NCBI GenBank assembly: GCA_003283765.1 | Contig: QBVY01000002.1 | Coordinates: 34,395 to 98,394, forward strand | DNA from: SAR86 cluster bacterium AG-313-N18 | GTDB taxonomy: Bacteria > Pseudomonadota > Gammaproteobacteria > Magnimaribacterales > D2472 | Direction: 5' to 3' | DNA: 64,000 nt | Part shown: piece by piece, positions 11,069-25,024 of the stretch | How the letters are laid out: each line of letters opens with the position of its first letter | Position numbering within the stretch: the stretch's first letter is position 1 | The notes under the pieces: generated by a model | The model's input: the letters and a program-made list of their open reading frames with translations, nothing else | Database searches by the model: none | Told to the model about the DNA's origin: nothing | Position numbers and translations under genes: made by a program

Positions 11069-11806
11069 ATGATTAGCGTCAACATTTATAGATATAACCC
11101 AGAAAAAGATAGCTTCCCCTATATGCAGACTTTTAAGTTTGAAAAACCTAAAAGAGATATTATGGTATTGGAGCTCCTCAACCAACTTAAGGAAAAGGAC
11201 CCTACTATTTCCTATAGAAGATCCTGCAGAGAGGGAGTTTGTGGCTCCGATGGCATGAATATTAATGGAAAAAATGGCTTGGCATGCATTACTCCCTTAT
11301 CTACAGTAATTAAAAAAAATAAGTTAGATCTTCGCCCATTACCTGGTCTTCCAGTTGTAAGAGACTTAGTTGTTGATATGACTGAATTCTATGCTCAATA
11401 TGAAAAAATTAAGCCGTTTCTTCAAAATGATACTCCTGTAGATATTGGAGAAAGACTTCAGTCACCAGAAGATAGAGATAAATTAGATGGTCTATACGAA
11501 TGTATTTTGTGTGCATGTTGTTCAACAAGCTGCCCATCCTTTTGGTGGAATCCAGATAAATTTGTTGGACCTGCAGCGTTACTTCAAGCTTACCGATTTA
11601 TTGCTGACTCAAGAGATACTAAAACTGCAGAGAGGCTTCAAGATTTATCTGATCCTTTCAGTGTTTACAGATGTCATGGCATTATGAATTGTGTCAGTGT
11701 CTGCCCAAAAGGACTCAACCCAAATGAAGCAATAGGTGAAATCAAGTCAATGTTACTTTCAGGAAAGAATAAACAAAATATTATTGCCTCTGATGCAGTT
11801 AGCTGA
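11069..11806 (+). CDS. sdhB: Succinate dehydrogenase iron-sulfur subunit
   Basis: SCREGVCGSD, CILCACCSTSCP, CHGIMNCVSVCP. Confidence 0.98.
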   Translation: MISVNIYRYNPEKDSFPYMQTFKFEKPKRDIMVLELLNQLKEKDPTISYRRSCREGVCGSDGMNINGKNGLACITPLSTVIKKNKLDLRPLPGLPVVRDLVVDMTEFYAQYEKIKPFLQNDTPVDIGERLQSPEDRDKLDGLYECILCACCSTSCPSFWWNPDKFVGPAALLQAYRFIADSRDTKTAERLQDLSDPFSVYRCHGIMNCVSVCPKGLNPNEAIGEIKSMLLSGKNKQNIIASDAVS

Positions 11807-11814
11807 ATTCGAAA

Positions 11815-14628
11815 ATGAATAATATGGAGACATTTTGGTCAACTTCACACGCTGCGGGTGCCCAAAGCTCATACCTAGAATCTTTATATGAATTGTATTT
11901 AAAGGATCCTTCAACAGTTCCTGATGATTGGAAAATATATTTTGACTCATTGCCTAGTGTCAGCGATGAGCAGCATGAAGTATCCCACCAAGAGATTGTT
12001 GAGAGGCTAAAAGAAGAAGAGATCAATCCTCCTATCAATGCACAACCTTCAGACAATATTTCTAATTCTAAGCAAGTTAAAGTTATTCAATTGATTCAAG
12101 CCTATAGAAATAGGGGTCATTATAAGGCTATGTTAGATCCACTTGGCTTGAAACCAACTCGCCATTGCGATGATTTGGAGCTGAGTTATCATGATCTTAA
12201 CAGCTCTGATCTTTCAGAGGTTTTCAATACAGACACACTAAAAATAGAAAAAAAATCAACGTCTTTATCTGAAATCATACAAGCCCTGGAAGCAATATAT
12301 TGTGGAACTCTTGGGATTGAGTACAACTACATTTCATCATTATCTGAAAGAGAATGGTTTCAAAAGAGGTTAGAACCAAATTTAGGAAAATTAAATTTTA
12401 ATCCTGATGAGCAAAAATATATTTTAAAACGCTTAAGCTCAGCTGAGGGTCTTGCTAAATTCTTAGCTTCTAGATATCCAGGCATGAAGAGGTTCGGTAT
12501 TGATGGAGCTGAGTCTCTTATTCCACTAGTCGATAGCTTGATACAGAATTGTGGCATTTTTGGTGCAGAGCAAATTTGTTTTGGAATGGCGCATAGAGGC
12601 AGACTTAATTTATTAGTTAATGTTTTAGGGAAATCTCCCAAAGAATTATTTACTGAATTTGAAGAAGATTATGAGCTAGAGGGCGCAAGTACTGGAGATG
12701 TGAAATATCATCTAGGCTCTTCAACAAATATTTTAACTCCAAATGGAGAGGTGCATGTTTCACTAGCGAACAATCCATCTCACTTAGAAATAGTAGATCC
12801 TGTAGTCCTTGGATCAGTTAGAGGCAGGCAAGACAGACTGAAGGACCAGCAAAAAAAATTAGTTGTCCCTATTTTAATTCATGGAGATGCTTCCTTTTCT
12901 GGGCAAGGAGTTGTAATGGAAACACTTCAAATGTCCCAAACCAGAGGGTATGGAGTCGGAGGAACCATTCATGTGATAGTTAATAATCAAATTGGTTTTA
13001 CAACCTCTAATTCGGAAGATTCACGATCTACACCATACGCAACCGATGTAGCAAAAATGATTGAGGCTCCAATTCTGCATGTAAATGGAGATGATCCAGA
13101 GATGGTTGTATTTGCAGCTAAACTAGCTTGCGAGTATAGACATAATTTTAAAAAAGATATTGTTATTGATATGTTTTGCTATAGAAGAAGAGGGCATAAC
13201 GAAGCTGATGAACCATCTTCAACACAACCAATAATGTATAAGACCATTGCTAATCAAGTCTCAGTAAAAAGCTCATATCAAGAAAAGCTTATTTCTGCAG
13301 GAGTAATATCTAAGACTGAATGTGATGAATCTGAAAAAAATTATAGGCTTGCAATCGAAAAAGGAAATTCTGTTGTTCACAATCTTGCAACAAAGCCTAA
13401 TGAAGCTATGTGGTTTGATTGGACTCCATATATGAATCAGAAAGGAGATGTAAAAATTGAGTCTAAGTTTGATAAGGACAGATTTCATATTCTTGCTCAT
13501 GAGGCATTTACCCCGCCCTCAAATTATGTTCTTCAGCGGCAAGTCGAAAAAATTTATACTGATAGACGAGAGATGGCTGATGGAAACATACCGGTGAACT
13601 GGGGCTTTGCTGAAAATATGGCATACGCAACACTTTTAGATCAAGGATATCCTATTAGATTTTCTGGTCAGGATATTAGAAGAGGGACATTTTCTCATCG
13701 TCATGCTGTTGTTTTAAATCAGGAAGATGGAAAAGGACATATGCCTTTGGTAAAAATTGCAGAAAACTCGAACACAACGCTTGATATATATGATTCTCTT
13801 TTATCTGAAGAGGCGGTTCTTGGATTTGAGTATGGATATTCTGCTACAAGGCCATCAGGGTTAGTTATTTGGGAGGCTCAATTTGGAGATTTTGTAAATG
13901 GTGCCCAAGTAGTCATAGATCAATTTATTGTTTCTGCTGAGCATAAATGGGAACGTCTATCTGGATTAGTTATGTTACTTCCACATGGTTATGAAGGACA
14001 GGGTCCAGAGCATTCTAGTGCAAGGCTTGAGAGATTTTTGCAGTTGTGTGCAAATGAAAATATCCAGGTTTGTGTGCCCAGTACACCCTCGCAGATTTAT
14101 CATTTACTAAGATTTCAAACAATACGAAAAATGAGACGACCTTTGGTTGTGATTTCTCCAAAAAGCTTACTGAGAAACCCTGCAGCTGTCTCTTCTATTG
14201 AGAGCTTAACAGATGGATCTTTTCAGTATGTTATTGACGACACTATAAAAAATTCAAGCAAGGTAGAGAAAATTATAATGTGTTCCGGGAAGGTATATTT
14301 TGATCTTTTAGCTAAAAGAGAGGAGCTTGGGATTAAAAATATTGCCTTAATTAGAATTGAGCAACTCTACCCATTTCCCTATGACACCCTTGAAAAGATT
14401 ATCAAGCCATACAAGAACGCAGTAAAATTTATCTGGTGTCAGGAAGAACCTAGTAATCAAGGAGCATGGTTTAGTCATCGTCATAGATTGCAAATAGTTT
14501 TAGACAGAATTAATTCTGCTCAAATAGAATTAATTAGCAGAAAGGCATCAGCAGCACCAGCAGTTGGTTTAAACAAATTACACATTCAACAACAAGAAGC
14601 TTTGGTTATTGAAGCTTTAAAATCCTAG
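11815..14628 (+). CDS. sucA: 2-oxoglutarate dehydrogenase E1
   Basis: [19 protein letters not shown] ThDP motif, [16 protein letters not shown]. Confidence 0.98.
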   Translation: MNNMETFWSTSHAAGAQSSYLESLYELYLKDPSTVPDDWKIYFDSLPSVSDEQHEVSHQEIVERLKEEEINPPINAQPSDNISNSKQVKVIQLIQAYRNRGHYKAMLDPLGLKPTRHCDDLELSYHDLNSSDLSEVFNTDTLKIEKKSTSLSEIIQALEAIYCGTLGIEYNYISSLSEREWFQKRLEPNLGKLNFNPDEQKYILKRLSSAEGLAKFLASRYPGMKRFGIDGAESLIPLVDSLIQNCGIFGAEQICFGMAHRGRLNLLVNVLGKSPKELFTEFEEDYELEGASTGDVKYHLGSSTNILTPNGEVHVSLANNPSHLEIVDPVVLGSVRGRQDRLKDQQKKLVVPILIHGDASFSGQGVVMETLQMSQTRGYGVGGTIHVIVNNQIGFTTSNSEDSRSTPYATDVAKMIEAPILHVNGDDPEMVVFAAKLACEYRHNFKKDIVIDMFCYRRRGHNEADEPSSTQPIMYKTIANQVSVKSSYQEKLISAGVISKTECDESEKNYRLAIEKGNSVVHNLATKPNEAMWFDWTPYMNQKGDVKIESKFDKDRFHILAHEAFTPPSNYVLQRQVEKIYTDRREMADGNIPVNWGFAENMAYATLLDQGYPIRFSGQDIRRGTFSHRHAVVLNQEDGKGHMPLVKIAENSNTTLDIYDSLLSEEAVLGFEYGYSATRPSGLVIWEAQFGDFVNGAQVVIDQFIVSAEHKWERLSGLVMLLPHGYEGQGPEHSSARLERFLQLCANENIQVCVPSTPSQIYHLLRFQTIRKMRRPLVVISPKSLLRNPAAVSSIESLTDGSFQYVIDDTIKNSSKVEKIIMCSGKVYFDLLAKREELGIKNIALIRIEQLYPFPYDTLEKIIKPYKNAVKFIWCQEEPSNQGAWFSHRHRLQIVLDRINSAQIELISRKASAAPAVGLNKLHIQQQEALVIEALKS

Positions 14629-14638
14629 AGAAATAATT

Positions 14639-15883
14639 ATGTCAATAGAAATAAAGTCCCCAACATTCCCAGAGTCTGTAGCAGACGGAACCATTGCAAA
14701 CTGGGTTAAGCAAGAAGGTGAATCTGTTAAGCAAGATGAAGTTATAGCAGAAATTGAAACAGATAAAGTTGTATTAGAAGTCGTTGCCCCATTTGATGGC
14801 GTCATTTCCAAAGTTTTGAAACCAGCAGGTGAGGTAGTTTTAAGCGCTGAGTTAATAGCAGAATTTGAAAAAGGAAAACAGCTTGATAGTAAAGAAATAT
14901 CAGCTCCAGAAAAAAATTCTAGCTCAAGCGAGCAACAAAAATCTGATAAAAATAATTTGGAGGACTCTGAATCAAAAGAGAATGGACCTGCGGTTAAAAA
15001 ATTATTGAAAGAGCATGACCTTGATGTTAATGCTATTGATGGATCAGGAAAAGATGGGAGAATTACTAAAGCAGATGTGGTTAATTACCTTGAGGAATCT
15101 TCACCTAAGAATGAAGAAATAGCATCGGACAGCAACACCCAGAGTTCTGCTAAAACTTCAACTCCTGCATTAACCTCAATGGATAGATTTGAAGAAAGGG
15201 TGCCAATGTCACGGTTACGCTCAACTATAGCCAATAGATTGTTAACCGTTAAGCAAGAAACCGCTATGCTGACAACATTCAATGAGGTAGATTTAAAGCC
15301 AATTAAAGATCTAAGAGTAAAATATGGCGAAGATTTTTTTGCAGAGCATGGGGTAAAGCTTGGATTCATGGGATTTTTTGTCTTAGCAGCAGTTCAGGCT
15401 CTAAAAAAGTTTCCAGTGGTGAATGCTTCTATTGATGGAAGCGATATTGTTTATCATGGCTATCAGGATGTAGGTGTAGCGGTCTCAACTGAAAGAGGAT
15501 TGGTTGTTCCAGTAATTAGAGATGCTGATAATTTGAGATTAGCAGATGTTGAAAAATCAATTTTAGATTATTCAGATAAAGCCAAGAATGGAAAGCTTTC
15601 AATTGCTGAAATGCAGGGCGGTACTTTTACTATCTCAAATGGAGGTGTTTTTGGATCCTTGTTATCTACCCCAATTTTAAATGCTCCGCAGACTGCTATT
15701 CTAGGAATGCACACCATTCAAGATAGACCAGTTGTTATAGATGGTGAAATAGTTATAAGGCCTATGATGTATCTTGCTCTTAGTTATGATCATCGCCTTC
15801 TAGATGGAAAGGAGGCTGTAGCATTTTTGATTGCTATAAAAGATCAATTAGAGTCTCCAGAAAAACTCCTTTTAAACTTATGA
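14639..15883 (+). CDS. sucB: Dihydrolipoamide succinyltransferase E2
   Basis: Lipoyl domain ETDKV, E3-binding [12 protein letters not shown], catalytic YDHRLLDG. Confidence 0.97.
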   Translation: MSIEIKSPTFPESVADGTIANWVKQEGESVKQDEVIAEIETDKVVLEVVAPFDGVISKVLKPAGEVVLSAELIAEFEKGKQLDSKEISAPEKNSSSSEQQKSDKNNLEDSESKENGPAVKKLLKEHDLDVNAIDGSGKDGRITKADVVNYLEESSPKNEEIASDSNTQSSAKTSTPALTSMDRFEERVPMSRLRSTIANRLLTVKQETAMLTTFNEVDLKPIKDLRVKYGEDFFAEHGVKLGFMGFFVLAAVQALKKFPVVNASIDGSDIVYHGYQDVGVAVSTERGLVVPVIRDADNLRLADVEKSILDYSDKAKNGKLSIAEMQGGTFTISNGGVFGSLLSTPILNAPQTAILGMHTIQDRPVVIDGEIVIRPMMYLALSYDHRLLDGKEAVAFLIAIKDQLESPEKLLLNL

Positions 15884-18467
<2,584 letters not shown>

Positions 18468-18471
<4 letters not shown>

Positions 18472-19337
18472 GCATATTGGTAGATAAAAATACACGTCTT
18501 TTAGTTCAAGGTTTCACTGGCTCTCAAGCTACTTTACATTCAGAGCAGTCTATTGAATATGGAACAAATATTGTTGGTGGAGTCACCCCAGGCAAAGGAG
18601 GGCAAACCCATCTTAGTGTGCCTGTTTTTAATTCAGTACATGAAGCTGTTGAAGCAGTTCAGCCAAATGCTTCAATCATTTTTGTTCCAGCTAAATTTTG
18701 TAAAGATTCTATTTTAGAGGCTGCTGATGCTGGAATTAAATTGATAATATGCATTACAGAGGGAGTGCCTACTTTAGACATGCTGATTGTAAAAAAGAGG
18801 GTTGATGAGCTGGGCATTACTTTGATCGGTCCTAACTGTCCTGGAATAATCACTCCGGGTGAGGCCAAGTTAGGAATAATGCCAGGCAGCATTCACTTGG
18901 AGGGTTCAGTAGGTATCATTTCAAGATCTGGCACGTTGACTTACGAGGCCGTGAAGCAAACTAGTGATCTTGGTCTTGGCCAGAGCACATGCGTTGGTAT
19001 TGGGGGAGATCCAATTCCCGGAACATCATTTATTGATGTTTTGAAGATGATGGAATCTGATGATCAAACTAAAGCCATAGTTATGGTTGGTGAAATTGGA
19101 GGAACAGCTGAAGAGGAAGCTGCTGAGTTCATCAAAAATAATATTTCTAAGCCTGTAATTTCATATATTGCGGGACAAACTGCACCCGCGGGCAAGAGAA
19201 TGGGGCATGCAGGAGCAATCATTGCTGGTGGGAAAGGGACAGCTGCGGATAAAATTAAGAAGCTTGAGGAGTGCGGTGTTCATATAGCAGAAAACCTGCT
19301 TCAAATTGGCAAAAAGGCTAAGGAAGTTCTGGATTAG
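18468..19337 (+). CDS. sucD: Succinyl-CoA synthetase alpha subunit
   Basis: [27 protein letters not shown] phospho-His motif. Confidence 0.98.
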
Positions 19338-20721
19338 TTTTGGTAATAAATTTATTCGCAATATAATTTAGTCTAGGAATAATTAGACATGCAAAGGCTG
19401 CTAGACCAGTAATCATTCCAATCCAAATCCCCGCTGGACCCAGAGAATTACTCGATATCCCATGGTAAGTAAGATAATATCCGCCCGGCAAAGCAATAAA
19501 CCAGTAAGTTAAAATTAGCATCAGCATTGGGGCAAATGTGTCTTTGTAACCCCTAAGACTTCCCAAGGCCCCCATTTGCATCCCATCAGGAATTTGAAAG
19601 ATTGCAGCAAAGAGCAGGAGATTTATTGCGATAGCCATAACTGCAACATCGGCAGTATACAAAGAAACAAGAGCCTCCCTAAAGGCAAGAATTATTATTG
19701 TATTTACTATTGCACCAATTAAGCATATTAAAACTGCTACATGAGAGGCGTACTTTGCTTGTAGAAGATTTTTTTCTCCTACAAGATTGCCTATTCTTGT
19801 TGCTGCGGCTAGCCCGAAAGACAAAGGCAAAATAAAGAAAACACTAGCAATATTTATTGCTACTGTATGAGCGCTTATTACTGTTGCGCCAAGCGAGCCT
19901 AGTATCAAAGCTGCGCCTGAAAACATACTTAATTCTACAAATACCCCAAATCCAATTGGCACCCCAAGTTTTAAAGCTTCCCTAGTAGTTTCAGTGTTGG
20001 GACCAGAAAATTTTGAGAATAATTTAGTGGGCCCATATTCTTTCTTTTTTAGAATCACTAGCATCAAAACAAGCAAACCAATAATGATATTAATCGATGT
20101 TGCAATTCCACATCCAACCCCACCCATAGGAGGTATTCCAAAATATCCATATACAAAAATGATATCAAGCGGAATATTTAATAACATGCCAATAAAAGCA
20201 ACCCAAAAAACTGGAAGAGTGAGGCCCATGCCCTCGCTATAGCAACGCAGACAAGTGAAAAGCATATTAGCAATAAAGCCGAATGACATTGCTTTTAAGT
20301 ATCCATCTGAAATTTGAGCAATATTTTCTTCAATATCAAAAAAAGGAATAAAAATACTTAAATTTCTATAAAGAATGAAACCGATGAAACCCAAGACTAA
20401 TGCAACCCAAAGAATTTCCCTTACTTTTTGTCCAATTTCCTCATATTTCTTTGCTCCAAATAATTGTGCAACTATTGGAGTTACTGCGAACAAACAACCC
20501 CCCAGAAGAAAATAAAAGGGCATAGAAAGAGCATTCCCGATAGCTAATCCAGATAGATCTAGCGCACTTGCTCGACCTGCAACAATAGTGTCTGTTACTC
20601 CCATACCCATATATGAGATTTGAGATCCATATATTGGAATTCCAATTTTGAGTAATTGCTTTAATTCTTTAATTAAGTTTTTCAAAAAAATAAGCCCAGA
20701 AATTTCTCGGTACTTTATCAT
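19318..20721 (-). CDS. MATE family efflux transporter (NorM-like)
   Basis: About 12 TM segments; DTIVAG, NIPLD..F..G..G.P.MG..G, RIGN.VG, FQIPDG.Q, LRGYKDT. The start may be slightly downstream. Confidence 0.9.
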   Translation of the reverse strand: MIKYREISGLIFLKNLIKELKQLLKIGIPIYGSQISYMGMGVTDTIVAGRASALDLSGLAIGNALSMPFYFLLGGCLFAVTPIVAQLFGAKKYEEIGQKVREILWVALVLGFIGFILYRNLSIFIPFFDIEENIAQISDGYLKAMSFGFIANMLFTCLRCYSEGMGLTLPVFWVAFIGMLLNIPLDIIFVYGYFGIPPMGGVGCGIATSINIIIGLLVLMLVILKKKEYGPTKLFSKFSGPNTETTREALKLGVPIGFGVFVELSMFSGAALILGSLGATVISAHTVAINIASVFFILPLSFGLAAATRIGNLVGEKNLLQAKYASHVAVLICLIGAIVNTIIILAFREALVSLYTADVAVMAIAINLLLFAAIFQIPDGMQMGALGSLRGYKDTFAPMLMLILTYWFIALPGGYYLTYHGISSNSLGPAGIWIGMITGLAAFACLIIPRLNYIANKFITKTNPELP

Positions 20722-20799
20722 ACAAGGACTGAAATAAAATGGAGAGAAGAAATTAGGAAAGACAGTCGCCCATATTGGCTTAAAAAGGTAACCTCAAAG

Positions 20800-21471
20800 T
20801 TGACCATTAGATATGTCAACAGATTTATTCGTCCCCAATTTAAATCTCTAGGGAAAGGACCAGTATTTTTTAAACCGAGGTATGTAAAATTATTTGGTTC
20901 TAATATTTCAGTTGGAAATTTTCCAACATTTATCTCTGCACCAGATGATTATATTCAAATTACTAGCTGGGATACCGGAGACTGGAATGGAAAAGTTGAT
21001 ATAGGAAATTATGTTTTAATTTCACCAGGGGTCAGAATTATGGCCGCTGAGAGTATTTCTATTGGAGATTCATGCATGTTTGGTCATGGCGCATGTATCA
21101 CAGATGCAGATTGGCATGGTATTTACGATAGAACAAAGGTGGTTGGAGATCCTAGGCCAGTAGTATTGGAAGAAAATGTTTGGATAGGTGAGGATGCGAT
21201 GATTTGCAAAGGAGTAAAAATTGGAGCAAATAGTATTATTGGAGCAAGGTCAGTTGTAACAAAAGATATTCCTAAAAATACTATTTACGCTGGAAACCCT
21301 GCTGTATTTATAAGAGATATAAATGAAAATGAATTTATAACCCGTGAAGATTTTTTTCACAACCCAGCTAAGCTTGCAAAAGACTTTGACTTGCTTGACC
21401 GATATACCCTTGGTCAGAATTCTTTCTTAGGCTGGATAAAAAGCATGATCTTTAGAGATAAATCCCATTGA
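20800..21471 (+). CDS. Hexapeptide-repeat (left-handed beta-helix) acyltransferase
   Basis: IGNYVLISPG, IGDSCMFG, DADWH, VWIG, IGANSIIGARSVVTKD...GNPA. The true start is probably upstream (see findings). Confidence 0.88.
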   Translation: MTIRYVNRFIRPQFKSLGKGPVFFKPRYVKLFGSNISVGNFPTFISAPDDYIQITSWDTGDWNGKVDIGNYVLISPGVRIMAAESISIGDSCMFGHGACITDADWHGIYDRTKVVGDPRPVVLEENVWIGEDAMICKGVKIGANSIIGARSVVTKDIPKNTIYAGNPAVFIRDINENEFITREDFFHNPAKLAKDFDLLDRYTLGQNSFLGWIKSMIFRDKSH

Positions 21472-22598
21472 TCAACATAGCTGCAGATTCGCAGATTCCT
21501 GAAATTGAAAACAAATTGGCTGAGTTTTTTGATGATGATTATTCATTTAAGTCATTTGATTCAAGTATTGTTTCCTCTAGTGATTTTATAAATATTGATG
21601 CCTTGTTAGTACGCTCAACTCTTTTTATTGATGAGGGAATATGTGCGGATACAAGGATTCGCTATGTTGGTTCTGCAACTGCAGGAATTAATCACTTAGA
21701 TATAAATTATTTAGATGCTCAAAATATTTCTTGGTCTCATGCACCTGGATGCAATGCTTTTAGTGTCATTCATTATGTAATGGCTGCAATTGGAGAGTTG
21801 ATAAAAGATGGTCTTTTCAATACTAGCCAAAGCATTGGAATAGTGGGTTATGGCAATATTGGAAGAGGGTTATATAAAATTCTTAAGGCTTTAAACTTTG
21901 AAGTTTATGCATGCGACCCATTTCTATCACATTCTGAATTAGTAAATTTAGATAGCATTCTTGAATGCGATTTAATAACTATTCATGCCCCCCTGACAGA
22001 GGCAGATAAACATCCAACATTTAATTTAATTAACGAATCTCATATTCAGAAATTTTCAAATAAAATTCTCATTAACACCTCAAGAGGAGAGATCATATCC
22101 GAAGCTTTTCTGTTTAAAGCAAATGACCTAATTTATATTTCTGATGTTTGGGTTAATGAACCTAACCCAAGTCTAGAAATAATAAAAAAATCCTATATTG
22201 CAACACCTCATATCGCAGGATACAGCATAGATGGAAAGCTAAATGGAGCAAAAATTATTGCTGAGGAATGTGCAAAAGCCTTTAATTGCCTAAAACTAAA
22301 ATCGATCAAACCTTTGATGTCACCAGACTGGCCATATGAGCTTCAAAATATAATTACAGATATTAGTAGAATGTCATTCCCAGCTACACTTTTTCATAAA
22401 GAGCTTGACTTAAAATTAATTTCAGATACGTTCAAAGCGTTATCAAGCAAAGATTTAGAAAAGGGTTTTAGATCCCTAAGGACAAATCATCCACCGCGAC
22501 ATGATTTTAATTGCTATTCATTTAGGGGCATGAGCAAATTAGACAAAGATATAGATCTTAAGTTTTTTGATGAATTAAGAAGAGCAGGAAATCTCTAA
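21468..22598 (+). CDS. pdxB: Erythronate-4-phosphate dehydrogenase
   Basis: LLVRS, GSATAG..H, APGCNA, GYGNIG, INTSRG, DVW.NEP, TPHIAGYS.DGK. Confidence 0.9.
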   Translation: MINIAADSQIPEIENKLAEFFDDDYSFKSFDSSIVSSSDFINIDALLVRSTLFIDEGICADTRIRYVGSATAGINHLDINYLDAQNISWSHAPGCNAFSVIHYVMAAIGELIKDGLFNTSQSIGIVGYGNIGRGLYKILKALNFEVYACDPFLSHSELVNLDSILECDLITIHAPLTEADKHPTFNLINESHIQKFSNKILINTSRGEIISEAFLFKANDLIYISDVWVNEPNPSLEIIKKSYIATPHIAGYSIDGKLNGAKIIAEECAKAFNCLKLKSIKPLMSPDWPYELQNIITDISRMSFPATLFHKELDLKLISDTFKALSSKDLEKGFRSLRTNHPPRHDFNCYSFRGMSKLDKDIDLKFFDELRRAGNL

Positions 22599-23999
22599 AT
22601 TTTTTGCCCAATTCGGCGATCTATTAGCAAAATGTTCATATTGCTCTAACTCATCATAAGGAGAAGTGATAACCTCAATCAATGTTTCAAGCGCAGAGAA
22701 ATCTGAACTTTCAGCCGCTTCTATAACTTCTTGGGCCATATAATTTCTTAGAATATATTTCGGATTATTTGCATTCATGAGCAATATTTTTTTAGCAATA
22801 GGTATAGATTCTTTGTTATGACGTTCTTGATAGGATTTTATCCAAGACATACTAACATTTGAATTTAATTCATTTGTTTTAACTGATGTTACAGCCTGAG
22901 AAAGATTTCTAAATGTGTTTGTATAATCTAGTTTTTCAGATTCCATGATATCTAATAAACCTTGAATTAATTGAGCATCCTCATTATGTGATTTGGTAAA
23001 CCCAAGTTTTTTTCTGTACAACTCAGCTAGCTTATTTTTAAAAATTAATTCATATGTTTTCAAAATCTCATCTTGGGTTTCCTCAGAAATTAGTGAAGAT
23101 AATGCATGGCCAAGAGCAGAACAGTTCCATAATCCTATATATGGTTGGTTCTTAAATGCATATCTTCCCTGATGATCAGAGTGATTGCAGACATAACTTG
23201 GAAGGTAGTCTTCCATAAAACCATATGGACCATAATCAAATGTCTCTCCTAAAATACTCATATTGTCAGTATTCATAACACCATGGCTAAAGCCATTAGC
23301 TTGCCATAGAGCTATCATGCATGCTGTTTGCTCAACAACTGACCTAAAAAATTCCTCGTATTTATTTTGAGATTTTGAAAAGTAAGCAGGATAGTTATCA
23401 ATACAAAAGTCAGTTAGAACTTTAACGTACTCTGGCTTATTGTTGTAATGAAAATATTCAAAATTGCCAAATCTGATATGTGTTTTGGCTGTTCTAGCTA
23501 GCATTGCTGCTGTTTCGCTTTTTTCCCTGATGACTATTTCATCACTGCCAATAATCATTAATGCTCTTGAGGTTGGAATTGATAAAGCATGCATTACCTC
23601 CCCACATAAATACTCTCTAATTACAGATCTTAAAACAGCTCGACCATCTCCAAATCTAGAGTAGGGAGTTTTGCCAGCACCTTTAAGATGAATATCAACC
23701 AAGCCTTCTGATGAATCTATCTGCCCAAACAATAATCCTCTACCATCACCTAATTGTTCTACATATTGCCCAAACTGATGGCCAGAATATGCCATCGATA
23801 GGGGTTTTAGATTTCCAATTGATAATGAACCATTAAAAATATCTAACAGTTTTTGCGTGTTAATATTTTCGAGACCTAAATCTTTTTTCAATTCAGCATT
23901 TTCAATAACGAGCAGGGGATTAATAAAGCCCTGCCAATTTTGTAGATTATAAAAGTCCTGAGGAAGCTCAGCATACGCATGAGGTTTTATAGGAATCAT
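22575..23999 (-). CDS. selO: Protein adenylyltransferase SelO (YdiU)
   Basis: YSGHQFG, QLGDGR, LKGAGKTPYSR.GDGRAVLRS, HGVMNTDN, DYGP, NPKYILRN; C-terminal CSS. Confidence 0.95.
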   Translation of the reverse strand: MIPIKPHAYAELPQDFYNLQNWQGFINPLLVIENAELKKDLGLENINTQKLLDIFNGSLSIGNLKPLSMAYSGHQFGQYVEQLGDGRGLLFGQIDSSEGLVDIHLKGAGKTPYSRFGDGRAVLRSVIREYLCGEVMHALSIPTSRALMIIGSDEIVIREKSETAAMLARTAKTHIRFGNFEYFHYNNKPEYVKVLTDFCIDNYPAYFSKSQNKYEEFFRSVVEQTACMIALWQANGFSHGVMNTDNMSILGETFDYGPYGFMEDYLPSYVCNHSDHQGRYAFKNQPYIGLWNCSALGHALSSLISEETQDEILKTYELIFKNKLAELYRKKLGFTKSHNEDAQLIQGLLDIMESEKLDYTNTFRNLSQAVTSVKTNELNSNVSMSWIKSYQERHNKESIPIAKKILLMNANNPKYILRNYMAQEVIEAAESSDFSALETLIEVITSPYDELEQYEHFANRSPNWAKNLEISCSS

Positions 24000-25022
24000 T
24001 TATCCTTTTGCAATTTGAATTAAATGACTAACATGTTCATCCTTTGAATGATCAGCGCCTAAATGCTCGACTTCATTCCACATTGCTGCACTGCAAATAG
24101 GACCAAGATCATCTTTTAAGCTGTTAGCCACTTCTTCACCAGTACCACAGAACCCTAAAGTTTCAACCATCTCATCCGTGACTAAAGCAAACATTTCTTC
24201 CCATTTTCCTTCCACAGATAATTTATGCAAAGCTTCATTGATATCTCCCCAGCCATGAAAATCAAGAGCTGGCCTATAGGTTCTGGTTGAAGCATAAAAA
24301 CTGATCCTTGCAGCGACATTTCTTTTAGCTGTTTTAAGATCCTCCTCTGTTTCTCCGGTTGCAATGAATCCACCCCAAAGTAATTCACATTCTTTGGGAT
24401 CTCTATTTGACTTTTTTGCGCCCTCAATTACAGCTGGCAAAATAATATCATTAATATATTTTGGAGAGCACATTGGATGAAGTAATAATCCGTCAGCTAC
24501 TTCACCAGCAATTCTTGCCATTCCAGGTCCAAGACCGGAAACATAAATTGGAGGTACATCGCAATCCATGGGTGGAGGAGTGAACATTGGAGTCATAAGG
24601 GTATGAGTATAGTGCTCGCCTTGAAAGTCCAATTTTTCTCCAGTTTTCCATGTATTCCAAATGGCTTTGACGGCAAGAATATATTCGCGCATTCTTGGTG
24701 CTGGTGGTGACCAAGGTACACTGAACCTTCTTTCATTATGTCCTTTAACTTGCGTTCCTAAGCCAAGTTGAAAACGACCATCACTGAATGATTGCAAGTC
24801 CCAACCCATGTTTGCAACTGTCATAGGGCTCCTTGGAAAAGCTATAGCTAATCCAGTCCTAACAATCATTTTTTTGGAATGCTCTAATCCAAGTAGAACA
24901 GGAAGGAAAGGTTCATTATTTAGCTCTCCGGAAACGAGCGCATCATACCCAAGAGATTCTGCATGTTTGACTATCTCGATAGTATTTTTTGACAAACCAG
25001 GTATGTAAGTTTCTATTCTCAT
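24000..25022 (-). CDS. Luciferase-like (LLM) oxidoreductase, TIGR03617-like, putatively F420-dependent
   Basis: AIAFPRSPM, WDLQ..S.GRF.LGLGTQVK.HNERRFS, RMREY, ADGLLLHP. The ATG at 25022, 2 nt after the upstream stop, is preferred. Confidence 0.82.
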   Translation of the reverse strand: MRIETYIPGLSKNTIEIVKHAESLGYDALVSGELNNEPFLPVLLGLEHSKKMIVRTGLAIAFPRSPMTVANMGWDLQSFSDGRFQLGLGTQVKGHNERRFSVPWSPPAPRMREYILAVKAIWNTWKTGEKLDFQGEHYTHTLMTPMFTPPPMDCDVPPIYVSGLGPGMARIAGEVADGLLLHPMCSPKYINDIILPAVIEGAKKSNRDPKECELLWGGFIATGETEEDLKTAKRNVAARISFYASTRTYRPALDFHGWGDINEALHKLSVEGKWEEMFALVTDEMVETLGFCGTGEEVANSLKDDLGPICSAAMWNEVEHLGADHSKDEHVSHLIQIAKG

Positions 25023-25024
25023 AT

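Noticed and set aside
22575-22590. Selenocysteine at the SelO C-terminus
   Set aside because: The protein ends CSS-TAA with a Cys codon; there is no in-frame UGA.
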